64,000 nucleotides of DNA from Chloroflexota bacterium (GTDB taxonomy: Bacteria > Chloroflexota > Anaerolineae > UBA2200). The stretch is from positions 29,169 to 93,168 of the forward strand of contig JAUWJD010000009.1 of NCBI GenBank assembly GCA_030607875.1, read 5' to 3'. Below the pieces are notes generated by a model. That model saw only the letters and a list, made by a program, of their open reading frames with translations. It did no database searches and was not told where the DNA came from. Numbering within the stretch: the first letter of the stretch is position 1; every line of letters starts with the position of its first letter. The translations under genes were made by a program, and so were the position numbers. This document shows positions 37,897-46,900 of the stretch, piece by piece.

Positions 37897-38652
37897 CTAA
37901 TGCATCGTAAAGCCGCCGTCTACGGCGTAGACTTGGCCGGTGATGTAATCGGCCTCGTCGGAGGCCAGGAAAACCACCAGCCCCGTCACGTCCGCGGGCT
38001 GTCCCAGACGCGCCAGAGGCACCTGATACCTGGTGTAGAACTCCAGGGCACTGGCCGGGAAGGTCTTTAAGGCCGTCTCTGTTTCGATGATGCCGGGAGC
38101 GATGGCGTTAACGGTAATACCCAAAGAAGCGACCTCCCGCGCTAACGCCTTGGTCAGGCCAATCACTCCAGCTTTAGCTGCTGAGTAGGCCACCAGGCCG
38201 ATTCCTCCCACTAGCCCGGCCACTGAGGCCACGTTGACGATGTGGCCTTTGCGCTGCTGGCGCATGACGGGCAACACCTCTTTGCAACAAAGAAAGACCC
38301 CTTTGAGATCCAGGGCCATGACCTGATCCCAGTCCTCCTCGCTGAGGGCGGTGAAAGGCTTCATAGGGAAACTGCCAGCGTTGTTGATCAGGATGTCCAG
38401 ACGTCCCAGGGCATCCATAGCCGCGGCCATCATCCGCTTTACATCCTCGCGGCAGACGACATCAGCTTGGAGGACCAGAGCGCGACGCCCCAGGGCTTCG
38501 ATTTCTCTCCCCGTCTCCGCTGCCGCTTGTGCACGACGGCGATAGGTGACCACCACGTCTGCCCCTTCCCGGGCCAGGGCCAGGGCGATGGCTTTGCCAA
38601 CCCCCCGGGAGCTGCCCGTGACCAGGGCCACTTTGTTCTCCAGCCTCATCAA
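37897..38652 (-). CDS. SDR oxidoreductase (FabG-like)
   Basis: TGSSRGVG, NNAG, YSAAK, APGIIET, YITGQVYAVDGG. Confidence 0.93.
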   Translation of the reverse strand: MMRLENKVALVTGSSRGVGKAIALALAREGADVVVTYRRRAQAAAETGREIEALGRRALVLQADVVCREDVKRMMAAAMDALGRLDILINNAGSFPMKPFTALSEEDWDQVMALDLKGVFLCCKEVLPVMRQQRKGHIVNVASVAGLVGGIGLVAYSAAKAGVIGLTKALAREVASLGITVNAIAPGIIETETALKTFPASALEFYTRYQVPLARLGQPADVTGLVVFLASDEADYITGQVYAVDGGFTMH

Positions 38653-38900
38653 TGGTCCTCCTGGGTCTCGGTGACGATGCCCACCACATCACCCACCATC
38701 ACCTTGGATCCCGGAGGGGCGAGTATCTCCTTCAACACTCCGTTGACAGGGGCAGGCACGTAGAGGGTGATTTTCTCGGTCACTGCTTCCACCAGGTCTT
38801 TGCCTTTCTGCACCCTTTCGCCAGGGGACTTGAACCAGGCGGTGATGGTCAGCTCGTGAGATCCATCAACAGTGGAAGGAATTACTAGTTTGTGTTCCAT
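38649..38900 (-). CDS. Stand-alone lipoyl-carrier domain protein
   Basis: WFKSPGERVQKGKDLVEAVTEKITLYVPAPVNGVL; the Lys in TEK is at the lipoylation turn. Confidence 0.88.
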   Translation of the reverse strand: MEHKLVIPSTVDGSHELTITAWFKSPGERVQKGKDLVEAVTEKITLYVPAPVNGVLKEILAPPGSKVMVGDVVGIVTETQEDH

Positions 38901-39562
38901 GTTAGCTCCTGCAGGCTTATCTTCTCAAACTCCAAAGCAAAGGTCTGTCCCAGGATATCGCGCAGGCGATCTCTGATCTCTGCCATTTCAACTCCCCGCC
39001 CCAGGGTTTCCCGCAAAGAAGTGACCGGCATGTGAGGCACACCGCAGGGATTGATCCAGGAGAAGGGCTCCAGGTCCAGATCAACGTTGATAGAGAACCC
39101 GTGAAAGGTAAAGCCGTGGCGCACAGCGATACCCACGGCGGCGATCTTTTTCCCTTCCAACCATACACCGGGGTAATCTTTCTTCTTCCCAGCCTCGATG
39201 CCGTAACCGTGCAAAAGCTGAAGCAGGATATCCTCCAAACGATGCAGGTACTGATTGGCATTGAGGTGAACGTCGCCCAGGTAAAGCAGGGGAGAGACGA
39301 TCAGTTGACCGGGGGCGTGGTAGGTCACGTCGCCGCCACGGTTGCCTCTCAGAACCTGGATGCCCAGGTGGGCCAGTCCCTCCCGCGAGGCGAGGATATT
39401 GGCTTCGCTCCCGCTTCTGCCAACGGTAAAGACGGCGTAGTTCTCCTGTAAGATAACCGTCGGCATCCACCGCCCCGCCATGTACGCTTCCAGGATCTGC
39501 TCCTGGATGGCAAAGGCAGGGGCGTACTCTATCAAGCCCAAATCGAGCCAGCAGACTCGCAT
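38885..39562 (-). CDS. lipB: Lipoyl(octanoyl) transferase
   Basis: NRGGDVTYHAPGQL, PGVW..KKIAAVG, HGFSIN, INPCG. Confidence 0.9.
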   Translation of the reverse strand: MRVCWLDLGLIEYAPAFAIQEQILEAYMAGRWMPTVILQENYAVFTVGRSGSEANILASREGLAHLGIQVLRGNRGGDVTYHAPGQLIVSPLLYLGDVHLNANQYLHRLEDILLQLLHGYGIEAGKKKDYPGVWLEGKKIAAVGIAVRHGFTFHGFSINVDLDLEPFSWINPCGVPHMPVTSLRETLGRGVEMAEIRDRLRDILGQTFALEFEKISLQELTWNTN

Positions 39563-39672
39563 ACACTTTCTCAAGAACGCCGATAGGCAGGGTGGTTTGT
39601 TGAAGTAGATGCAGGCACCCCTGACCCCCACTGTGTGGCAGGTAGGGGTGCCATCTCTAGCCAGTTACGCAG

Positions 39673-40974
39673 CTACTTGTACAACGCTTGCAGATCGCCG
39701 TTGAGTTGGGCGAAGATGTAGACGGGTGCACAGCCGGGATACTCGGTCACCGATTTAGCCAGCTTCATAGCCTTCTCCACCTTGCCCTTGCTGGGGAAAT
39801 ACTTCCAGCAGTCGCCAGCAACGAAGAGGTGCTTCCCTTTGGCCATCTCTGGGTCGAAATCAGGGACGCCGCCAGCAATGATGACAATCTCCCCCACCTT
39901 GTCGATAAAGTCCTTGAGGTCAATGCCGCTGACGTTGAAACCATCGAGCGCCCCGCGTGTGTTGGCGAAGCAGCCGGGGCAAGTCTGCTGCACGATGACG
40001 TGGATGCCAGGGATCAGCCCGGTCGGGTCGATCATCGGACGCTTGAAGAAGGTGCGCACTTCGGCGATGGGGACGCCCACGATCTCGATCTTGTCAATGT
40101 CCCGCTCGCCCAGGCCCTCGGTGGCAGCGATGCGCACGGAAGGGATTTCGATGGTCTCAAAGCCCATCACGTAGGCGGTCACGGCGTCCACAGCCACGGT
40201 ATCGGTGCCAGCGATGAGCAGATTCATCTCCAGTGGCGTGCCAACATGCGGTCCCTGTCCCTCCATAGCGATGATGCCGTCAACGAGGGTCAGGTCCGCT
40301 TTTCTGATACGATACATGTCGGCAAATTTCTGCCCGAGGTCAATGCGGTGGATATCCTGCTGTTGCCCGCTGGGGTGCACGTTGGGGACGATTCCGTTCC
40401 AGTTCTTGAGTCCCAGGCTGACCGTGCCCGCCAGGTGCACTTTCATTTTGGGTAGATTGATGACCCGGTCGGCGTCGAGGAAAGGCTTGAAAACCTGGGC
40501 GTGTTTGAACAGCAAGGCCCCAGGGATATCCACCTCGACCAGTTCTTCCTCATCAAAGTAGATGACCCGGTCGGCACCGCCCCGCTCGGACGCTGCTTTC
40601 ATACCAGACGCCTCAAAAGCTGGCCGGGCTCGCCCTACCTGCTGCCCCAGAGAGGGATTGTCACCCACCCAGACCTCTTTAGCCTTGGATTTCTCCTTCA
40701 GGAAGGCAACCATGCCCTCGAGGACACGAGGTTCAGTCACAGTGTAGGACTCCGCCGGCGCCTGGAAGGCCAGGTTGGGCTTGATCAGCACCGTCTCGCC
40801 CTCTTTGACGATGTTGTCAATGCCGCCCACGGCCAGGTTGATGGCCTCCTCGATCTTGGCCTTGACCTGGGCGATGTCCTCATCGTAGCGCACGAATTTG
40901 CTCGTTGGGGGCAGGAACTCCTTGGTCCCCTTGAGGTGCCCCGTCTTGACGATCGCAACCTTTGGTTTTGCCAT
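39673..40974 (-). CDS. DUF362 domain protein (probable Fe-S protein)
   Basis: VLIKPNL, INLPKMKVH, LGLKNWNG, DGIIAMEGQGP, DTVAVDA; C-terminal CPGC, GDC, PGCAP. Confidence 0.88.
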   Translation of the reverse strand: MAKPKVAIVKTGHLKGTKEFLPPTSKFVRYDEDIAQVKAKIEEAINLAVGGIDNIVKEGETVLIKPNLAFQAPAESYTVTEPRVLEGMVAFLKEKSKAKEVWVGDNPSLGQQVGRARPAFEASGMKAASERGGADRVIYFDEEELVEVDIPGALLFKHAQVFKPFLDADRVINLPKMKVHLAGTVSLGLKNWNGIVPNVHPSGQQQDIHRIDLGQKFADMYRIRKADLTLVDGIIAMEGQGPHVGTPLEMNLLIAGTDTVAVDAVTAYVMGFETIEIPSVRIAATEGLGERDIDKIEIVGVPIAEVRTFFKRPMIDPTGLIPGIHVIVQQTCPGCFANTRGALDGFNVSGIDLKDFIDKVGEIVIIAGGVPDFDPEMAKGKHLFVAGDCWKYFPSKGKVEKAMKLAKSVTEYPGCAPVYIFAQLNGDLQALYK

Positions 40975-41198
40975 TTCTTTGCCTCCTGCAAAAAGTAGTA
41001 ATTTGACCTTCATGGCCGATGAGGTGTGGCTTTTAGCCATTCTTTTTGTTGCTTAATACCCCCTTTCTAGTATGAAATGTCTCGACTGAGCTCGACAACG
41101 TCTCAGCTACGGCAAACTGGACGATAGTCCCTGGTAAGGTCTGGAGATGAAGCTAGAGGGGGTGTTACCGTCCCCTCTGGCCAGGCAAAAAAACCTTT

Positions 41199-41332
41199 TC
41201 AGCCCTGCTCCTTCGCCTTGGGGAACTGGGCCAATACCAAATCGAAGAAGTAGGCACCGGCGATAGCACCTAGGATGGGCACACTACAGTAGTGCCCCAG
41301 AGCTCGTTGGGCGGCCCCAGTTCACGGGCGGC
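41199..41332 (-). pseudogene. Remnant of a MIP/aquaporin (GlpF-like) gene 3' end
   Basis: Minus strand reads AARELGP (cf. NPARDLGP), then after a frameshift VPILGAIAGAYFFDLVLAQFPKAKEQG*. Confidence 0.55.
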
Positions 41333-41480
41333 AGCTCCTTGGTTTACCCACGCCGCAATGCAACCAGCGGCTTTCTACGAATGTTTTCCTCTATGGATCA
41401 CCCACTCCCGTGCTGCAAGAGCCGATCCTCTTGGAAGCAGATTCCTACGAGGAGATCGCGTTATGCAGCCTGGGCCCATC

Positions 41481-41521
41481 AAAAGAAAAGACCTTCCAGC
41501 ACTCGAAGTGAAGAAAGGTCT
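41481..41521 (-). terminator. Intrinsic terminator inside the 5' leader of the DUF362 operon (candidate attenuator)
   Basis: Minus strand agacctt...cact/agtg...aaggtct followed by tttctttt, about 90-130 nt downstream of a promoter -10 box. Confidence 0.65.
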
Positions 41522-41608
41522 ACTCTTGTCCGCCGCAACCCTCCGTTGGGTAGCACAACTTTGAATATCGGCTAGAAAATGGGAACTGTTGCATCTTCCG
41601 TTATTTAC

Positions 41609-41636
41609 ATTCTAGCACAAAACTCTGATTTGTCAA
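41609..41636 (-). promoter_or_regulatory. Sigma70-type promoter for the cassette operon
   Basis: Minus strand TTGACA-16 bp-TAGAAT with extended TG. Confidence 0.65.
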
Positions 41637-41907
41637 GTACAGACTCGGTCCCAAAGTGTGTTGGTGGGTTTTCGTGGCAGGATTGACCACTGCTGGTAGT
41701 TGTGATGGGCGTTACTTGGGTACTATCCCTGGTACCACTCAACCGGTGCGTTGTCGATCAACACAATCTGGAACCGAGTCCAAGTACAAAGCTTCTGCAA
41801 TAGTTTTGGGCTTTCGCCACACTTCGGAAGAAGGAGCAGCTCTGCATTTGATCTTCACTCCTTTTGCTCATATAATTGCACCAGCGCTTATTAAGGAAGG
41901 AGAAGGC

Positions 41908-42978
41908 ATGGATTCAACGGAGAAGCTCTTCAAGGAACTGACCAAAGCCCCAGGCGTGCCTGGCTATGAAAGTGAGGTTCGGGCGGTCATCCGCCGCCAT
42001 CTAGAAGCGATAGCCACGATTGAGCGCGACCGGTTGGGCAGCATCATCGGCGTGAAGCGCGGCTCAGAGGATTCGCCGCGAGTGATGCTCGCCGCGCACA
42101 TGGACGAAGTCGGCTTTATGGTCAGCTTGATCACCGACGAGGGATTCATCCGCTTCGTCCCCTTGGGCGGCTGGTGGGACCAGGTCATGCTAGCCCAGCG
42201 TGTGGTGATCAAGACGTCTGCTGGCGACGTATTCGGGCTGCTGGGGGCCAAGCCCCCGCACCTGCTGGAACGGGAAGAGGCCCAGAAGTTGGTGAAGAAA
42301 AAGGACATGTACGTAGATATCGGAGCCACCAGCGCCGACGAAGTGAAGGCGTGCGGGGTGCGGCTGGGTGATCCGATCATTCCCATCTGTCCCTTTACCA
42401 GCTTGAGCCCCGGCCAGACCTACATGGCCAAAGCCTGGGACGATCGCCTGGGGTGCGCGCTCTTCATCCAGGCCATCGAGCGCCTGAAGGGCCAGGCACA
42501 CCCCAATGCGGTCTACGCCGTAGGCACCGTGCAGGAAGAAGTGGGTTGTCGGGGGGCCAAGACCAGCGTGCATAACATCAACCCAGACGTGGCGATCATT
42601 CTGGAAGTGGACATCGCTGGCGACGTCCCCGGCATCAAGCCTGAGGAATCAGCGATAAAGCTCGGCAAGGGGCCTAGCTTGTTGCTGTACGATGCGCGCA
42701 TGATTCCCAACCTTCGGCTGCGCGATTTGGTGATTTCCATAGCCGAGGAGAACGACATCCCGTTGCAGTTCTCGACCATGCGCGGCGGCGCGACAGATGG
42801 ATCAATGATCCACCTGCACAACGAGGGTGTCCCCACTGTGGTGCTCGGCGTCCCCACGCGGCACATTCACAGCCATGCCGGCATCCTGCACCGTGCCGAC
42901 TACGACCACGCGCTCGACCTGCTGGTTAAGCTGATCATGCGCCTGGACGAAGCTACAGTGCGACAGCTCACCGAGTAG
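41908..42978 (+). CDS. M42 family aminopeptidase #4
   Basis: AHMDEVG, PLGGWW, AKAWDDR, QEEVGCRGA, GATDG, RHIHSH; AAGGAG RBS. Confidence 0.93.
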   Translation: MDSTEKLFKELTKAPGVPGYESEVRAVIRRHLEAIATIERDRLGSIIGVKRGSEDSPRVMLAAHMDEVGFMVSLITDEGFIRFVPLGGWWDQVMLAQRVVIKTSAGDVFGLLGAKPPHLLEREEAQKLVKKKDMYVDIGATSADEVKACGVRLGDPIIPICPFTSLSPGQTYMAKAWDDRLGCALFIQAIERLKGQAHPNAVYAVGTVQEEVGCRGAKTSVHNINPDVAIILEVDIAGDVPGIKPEESAIKLGKGPSLLLYDARMIPNLRLRDLVISIAEENDIPLQFSTMRGGATDGSMIHLHNEGVPTVVLGVPTRHIHSHAGILHRADYDHALDLLVKLIMRLDEATVRQLTE

Positions 42979-43000
42979 CCACGCTGCCAACTGTCCACTG

Positions 43001-43033
43001 AGATACCCGGTCTCTTGAAGAAATCGTGTATCT
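43001..43033. repeat. 33-bp REP-like palindrome
   Basis: agatacccggtctc-ttgaa-gaaatcgtgtatct (imperfect). Confidence 0.65.
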
Positions 43034-43112
43034 AGCGTGTCCATTCGCAGCAAGAGAGAAACCTAAAGCCCCTGGGGTTCCGGCTTGTTCTCTTCACCAC
43101 CCTACATGCTTT

Positions 43113-43568
43113 CTAGCTTCGGGTTCTGCCACGCTCCTGTGCACAGTGCGGACACAAGCCATAAAAGTCCAGATAGTGACCTGTGATCACAAAGCCAGTT
43201 ACGGACGCTGTCCGGGCCACAAGATCTTCACAGCAACCGTCCTGAATCTCCACAACATGACCACAGCGCACACAACGCACTTCACAGTGTACCCCGTCGG
43301 ACGCGGGGCGAACCGCCCCACGCCGGGCACGGCCACCTTTGCCAGGAGTTTCGGCCTCCATGTCGTCGATGAAACCCGCCTCCCGCAACAGGGTTATGGT
43401 ACGCTGAATCGTGGCCATAGTGATGTCTGGCACAACCTTGCGCACTTGTTCATGTACCCAGACTGCGTCTGGACGCGAATCGGCGCGTTTCAGCACGTCC
43501 AGAACCGCCTGGCGCTGCCGTGTCATGCGATACCTTTTACCGGCACATTCAAATACCTTCATTCTCAT
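43113..43568 (-). CDS. Fur/PerR family transcriptional repressor (atypical)
   Basis: RMTRQRQAVL, ITMATIQRTI..LREAG, CVRC and CPHC, GHYLDFYG. Confidence 0.85.
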   Translation of the reverse strand: MRMKVFECAGKRYRMTRQRQAVLDVLKRADSRPDAVWVHEQVRKVVPDITMATIQRTITLLREAGFIDDMEAETPGKGGRARRGAVRPASDGVHCEVRCVRCGHVVEIQDGCCEDLVARTASVTGFVITGHYLDFYGLCPHCAQERGRTRS

Positions 43569-43815
43569 CTCAATCTAGCGTCGCGATGTATGCGTCTATC
43601 ACTTCGCCGGTGAAGCAGAATGTTGCATCCTGCCTGCACCAGTCAAATGGTCAGCAGGTGCTCACCACACAGATCATTAACACAGCATACTACCGCCCGC
43701 CGCACGTTTCTTGACGGGTGCTTGACCTTTTGCGGACATGTTTCGTACAGACCGGGGGTCTATGACAGAAACAGCGCATCAGGCGATCCCATTTGTCGGG
43801 CCGATGGCAACGGGT

Positions 43816-43911
43816 TACAGAGTACTGCGCCGAAGGTTGCCAAACTCAGGCAGTCGTTTTCATGTGACAAGCGAGCCGTACGGGTTTAGCAATTGACGCA
43901 TGAAGCAGTAG
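43816..43911 (+). mobile_element. MITE-like element, copy B
   Basis: TA|CAGAGTACTGCGCCGAAGGTTGCCAAAC ... GTTTAGCAATTGACGCATGAAGCAG|TA. Confidence 0.7.
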
Positions 43912-43952
43912 AATAGCCTCACAGTACGCCGACCTTGACCAGGAGGGGAAAC

Positions 43953-46900
43953 ATGGCCAGGACCTGTATCATTGTCTCACATACGCACTGGGATCGCGAA
44001 TGGTATCAGCCCTATCAGCTCTTTCGTCTGCGGTTGGTCCGTTTGATGGACAGACTCTTGCACATCCTGGACGAAAACCCCAATTATGCCCATTTTATGT
44101 TAGACGGACAAACCATCATTCTGGAAGATTACCTTCAGATTCGGCCAGAGCGAGAAGCAGCCTTGCGCCACTATGTGCACCAAGGACGACTGCAGATCGG
44201 CCCCTGGTATGTTTTGCCTGACGAGTTCCTGGTCAGCGGCGAGGCCATGGTGCGCAATCTGCTGTTCGGCGAGCGCATGGCGCGTGAGTTCGGGGCCAAA
44301 ATGATGGTCGGCTACACTCCAGATCCCTTTGGCCATATTTCACAACTGCCGCAGATCCTGCGCGGCTTTGGCATCGAGACTACAGCGTTGCGCCGTGGCC
44401 TGGATGACCAACCTGCAGAACTGCTTTGGCAGGCTCCCGACGGCAGCACCGTCCTGCTGTGCTATCTCCGCGATGGTTACGACAACGCGGCTCGCCTCCC
44501 CCTGCACGACGAGCAAGCCCTGGCAACCGAAATCGTGCGCCTGTACAACAGCCTGGCTCCTTATGCCGCGACGGACTATGTGCTGCTGATGAACGGCACC
44601 GATCACATGGAGCCTTCACCCGAGTCGCCACAAGCTCTGGCTGCGGCCAGCAGACGGCTGCCGGACATGCGACTGCTGCACGGCACCTTGCCTATGTACG
44701 TGAATGCGGTCAAAGAGAGCCTGCAATTGAGCCAGGGCCCGACTGCTACCACCGCACCAGGGATACTGCAAACCATTCAGGGCGAGCTACGCTCTCCGAA
44801 ACGACATCATCTGCTACCAGGTGTGTTATCCGCTCGTATGTGGATCAAGCAACGCAACAACCGCATCCAGAACCTGCTGGAGAAATGGACAGAGCCGTTT
44901 GCTGCCCTGGCTGCCCTGGAAGGCGCTGGAGCACATGGTCTCAGCAACCCTGACAGCGCCTTTGCCGCAGTCTGGCAAGCATGGACCTACCTGCTGCAAA
45001 ATCATCCTCACGATTCCATCTGTGGATGCAGCGCGGACCAGACACACCGCGAGATGGTCACCCGCTTTGACTGGGCCGAGCAGATTGCCGAGGAAATCAC
45101 GCAGCAGAGCCTGGCCTCCATCGCCAACCAGATCAACACGCAACCACAGAAGTCACAAACGCAAGCTGTGCGAGTTCCACTGGTCGTGTTCAATCCTCTG
45201 ACAGCTACGCGTAGTGACCTTGTGACTACCAGTACCCAGTTGCCGGGCAGCTTGGAAGAGTTTGTTGTGGCAGACGTGGCAGGGCAGATCAAGCCACACC
45301 AGGTTCTGGCGCGAAAAGGGGCCGAGTTCGCCACGCTGCAACTGGGTCGTGATGAGGTCCTGGGACTGGCCACGATGATAGAGATGATTTCAACGCTTGG
45401 ACTATCGGTGCAGGAGATACACATAACCAGCGAAGGAGAAGCTGCCACCATAGACGTGACCTTGGCGGAACACGGCCACACCGATCCAGCGCTCATCGCC
45501 GAGGCACAGCGCCAGATAGAGGCCATCCTGGCGGAAGACACGGTGCAGACCTTCCATGTGCGCGCCCACCAGGCAACGACGGTCGAATTCCTCTTTGTGG
45601 CTGAGGGCGTCCCAGGCTGTGGATACAAGACCTACTTCCTGGTCGAGAGACCCCAGCAGCCCACTCCGGGGGATGACTCTGTAGTGGCGACTTTAGTCGC
45701 TGATCCTGACTCAAGAACGACTCAAGTCGTCACTACAGGCCAGCAGGCAGTCCCGAAGGATGGCTCCGTAGTGGCGACCTTAGTCGCTGATCCTGACTCA
45801 AAAACGACCAATGGGCCTGAAAGCCTGCACATGGAGAACGAGTTCCTGGCCGTGGATATCCATCCACAAGACGGCACGCTCACAATTTTGGACAAGCAGA
45901 CCGGAGCGACCTTCTCCGGCCTGCATCGCTTCGTGGACGGCGGCGATCGGGGAGACGAGTACAACTACTGCCCGGCAGAAGGCGACGAAACCATCTCGGC
46001 ACCTGCTTCGCCACCGGAGATCACCTGGCTGGAGCAAGGGCCGGTGCGCTGGACAATCCAGGTTAGTCAGTGTTACCACTTACCTGCCTCCCTGATCAAA
46101 GACCGCTCTGGACGCAGCAAAGAGTTGGTCGAGGTGCCGCTCACCAGCCAGATCCACCTGGGCTTGGGCGTCCCAAGGCTTGACTTCCGCACGGAGGTTG
46201 ACAACCAGGCACGCGACCACCGACTGCGCGTACACTTTCCGACACCCGTACACGCCAAGTACTGCGAAGCCGAGAGCAGTTTCGACGTCGTGCAGCGCCC
46301 GCTCGGAGTACCTGACGATACTGCAGATTGGGTCGAGCAACCCGTCCCCACGCACCCACAGAAGAGCTTTGTAGACGTCAACGACGGCGCAATCGGCCTT
46401 TTGGTCATAAACCGGGGCCTCCCAGAATACGAGGTACTGCAAGAAAAGGATGGAAGCGCAACCGTCGCCCTGACGCTGTTGCGCTGCGTGGGCTGGCTGT
46501 CACGCGACGACTACCCCTGCCGCAAAGGGCATGCTGGCCCCGCCCTGGAAACCCCAGAGGCGCAGTGCCTGGGGCATCATGTCTTTGAGTATGCGCTGGT
46601 GCCTCACGCCGGAACATGGCAACATGCCTACCCAGAAGCACATGCTTTCAATGCCCCGCTGCGGGCAGTCGTCACCCAGCAGCACGACGGCAGCCTGCCA
46701 CTAACACAGAGCCTCATCTGCCTGCAAGGTGATGGGCTGGTACTGAGCGCCGTCAAAGCGGCGGAAGCGGGGGACGGCCTGATCGTGCGCTTCTACAACG
46801 TCAACAGTGAACTGTCTGTCGCGCACTTGCAGAGCCACACGCCCACGCAGTCAGCTACGCTGGTCAATCTAGCGGAGCAAGAACTGCAGCCATTGAGCAT

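Noticed and set aside
41656..41907. N-terminal extension of the M42 #4 ORF
   Set aside because: RBS and paralog alignment place the start at ATG 41908
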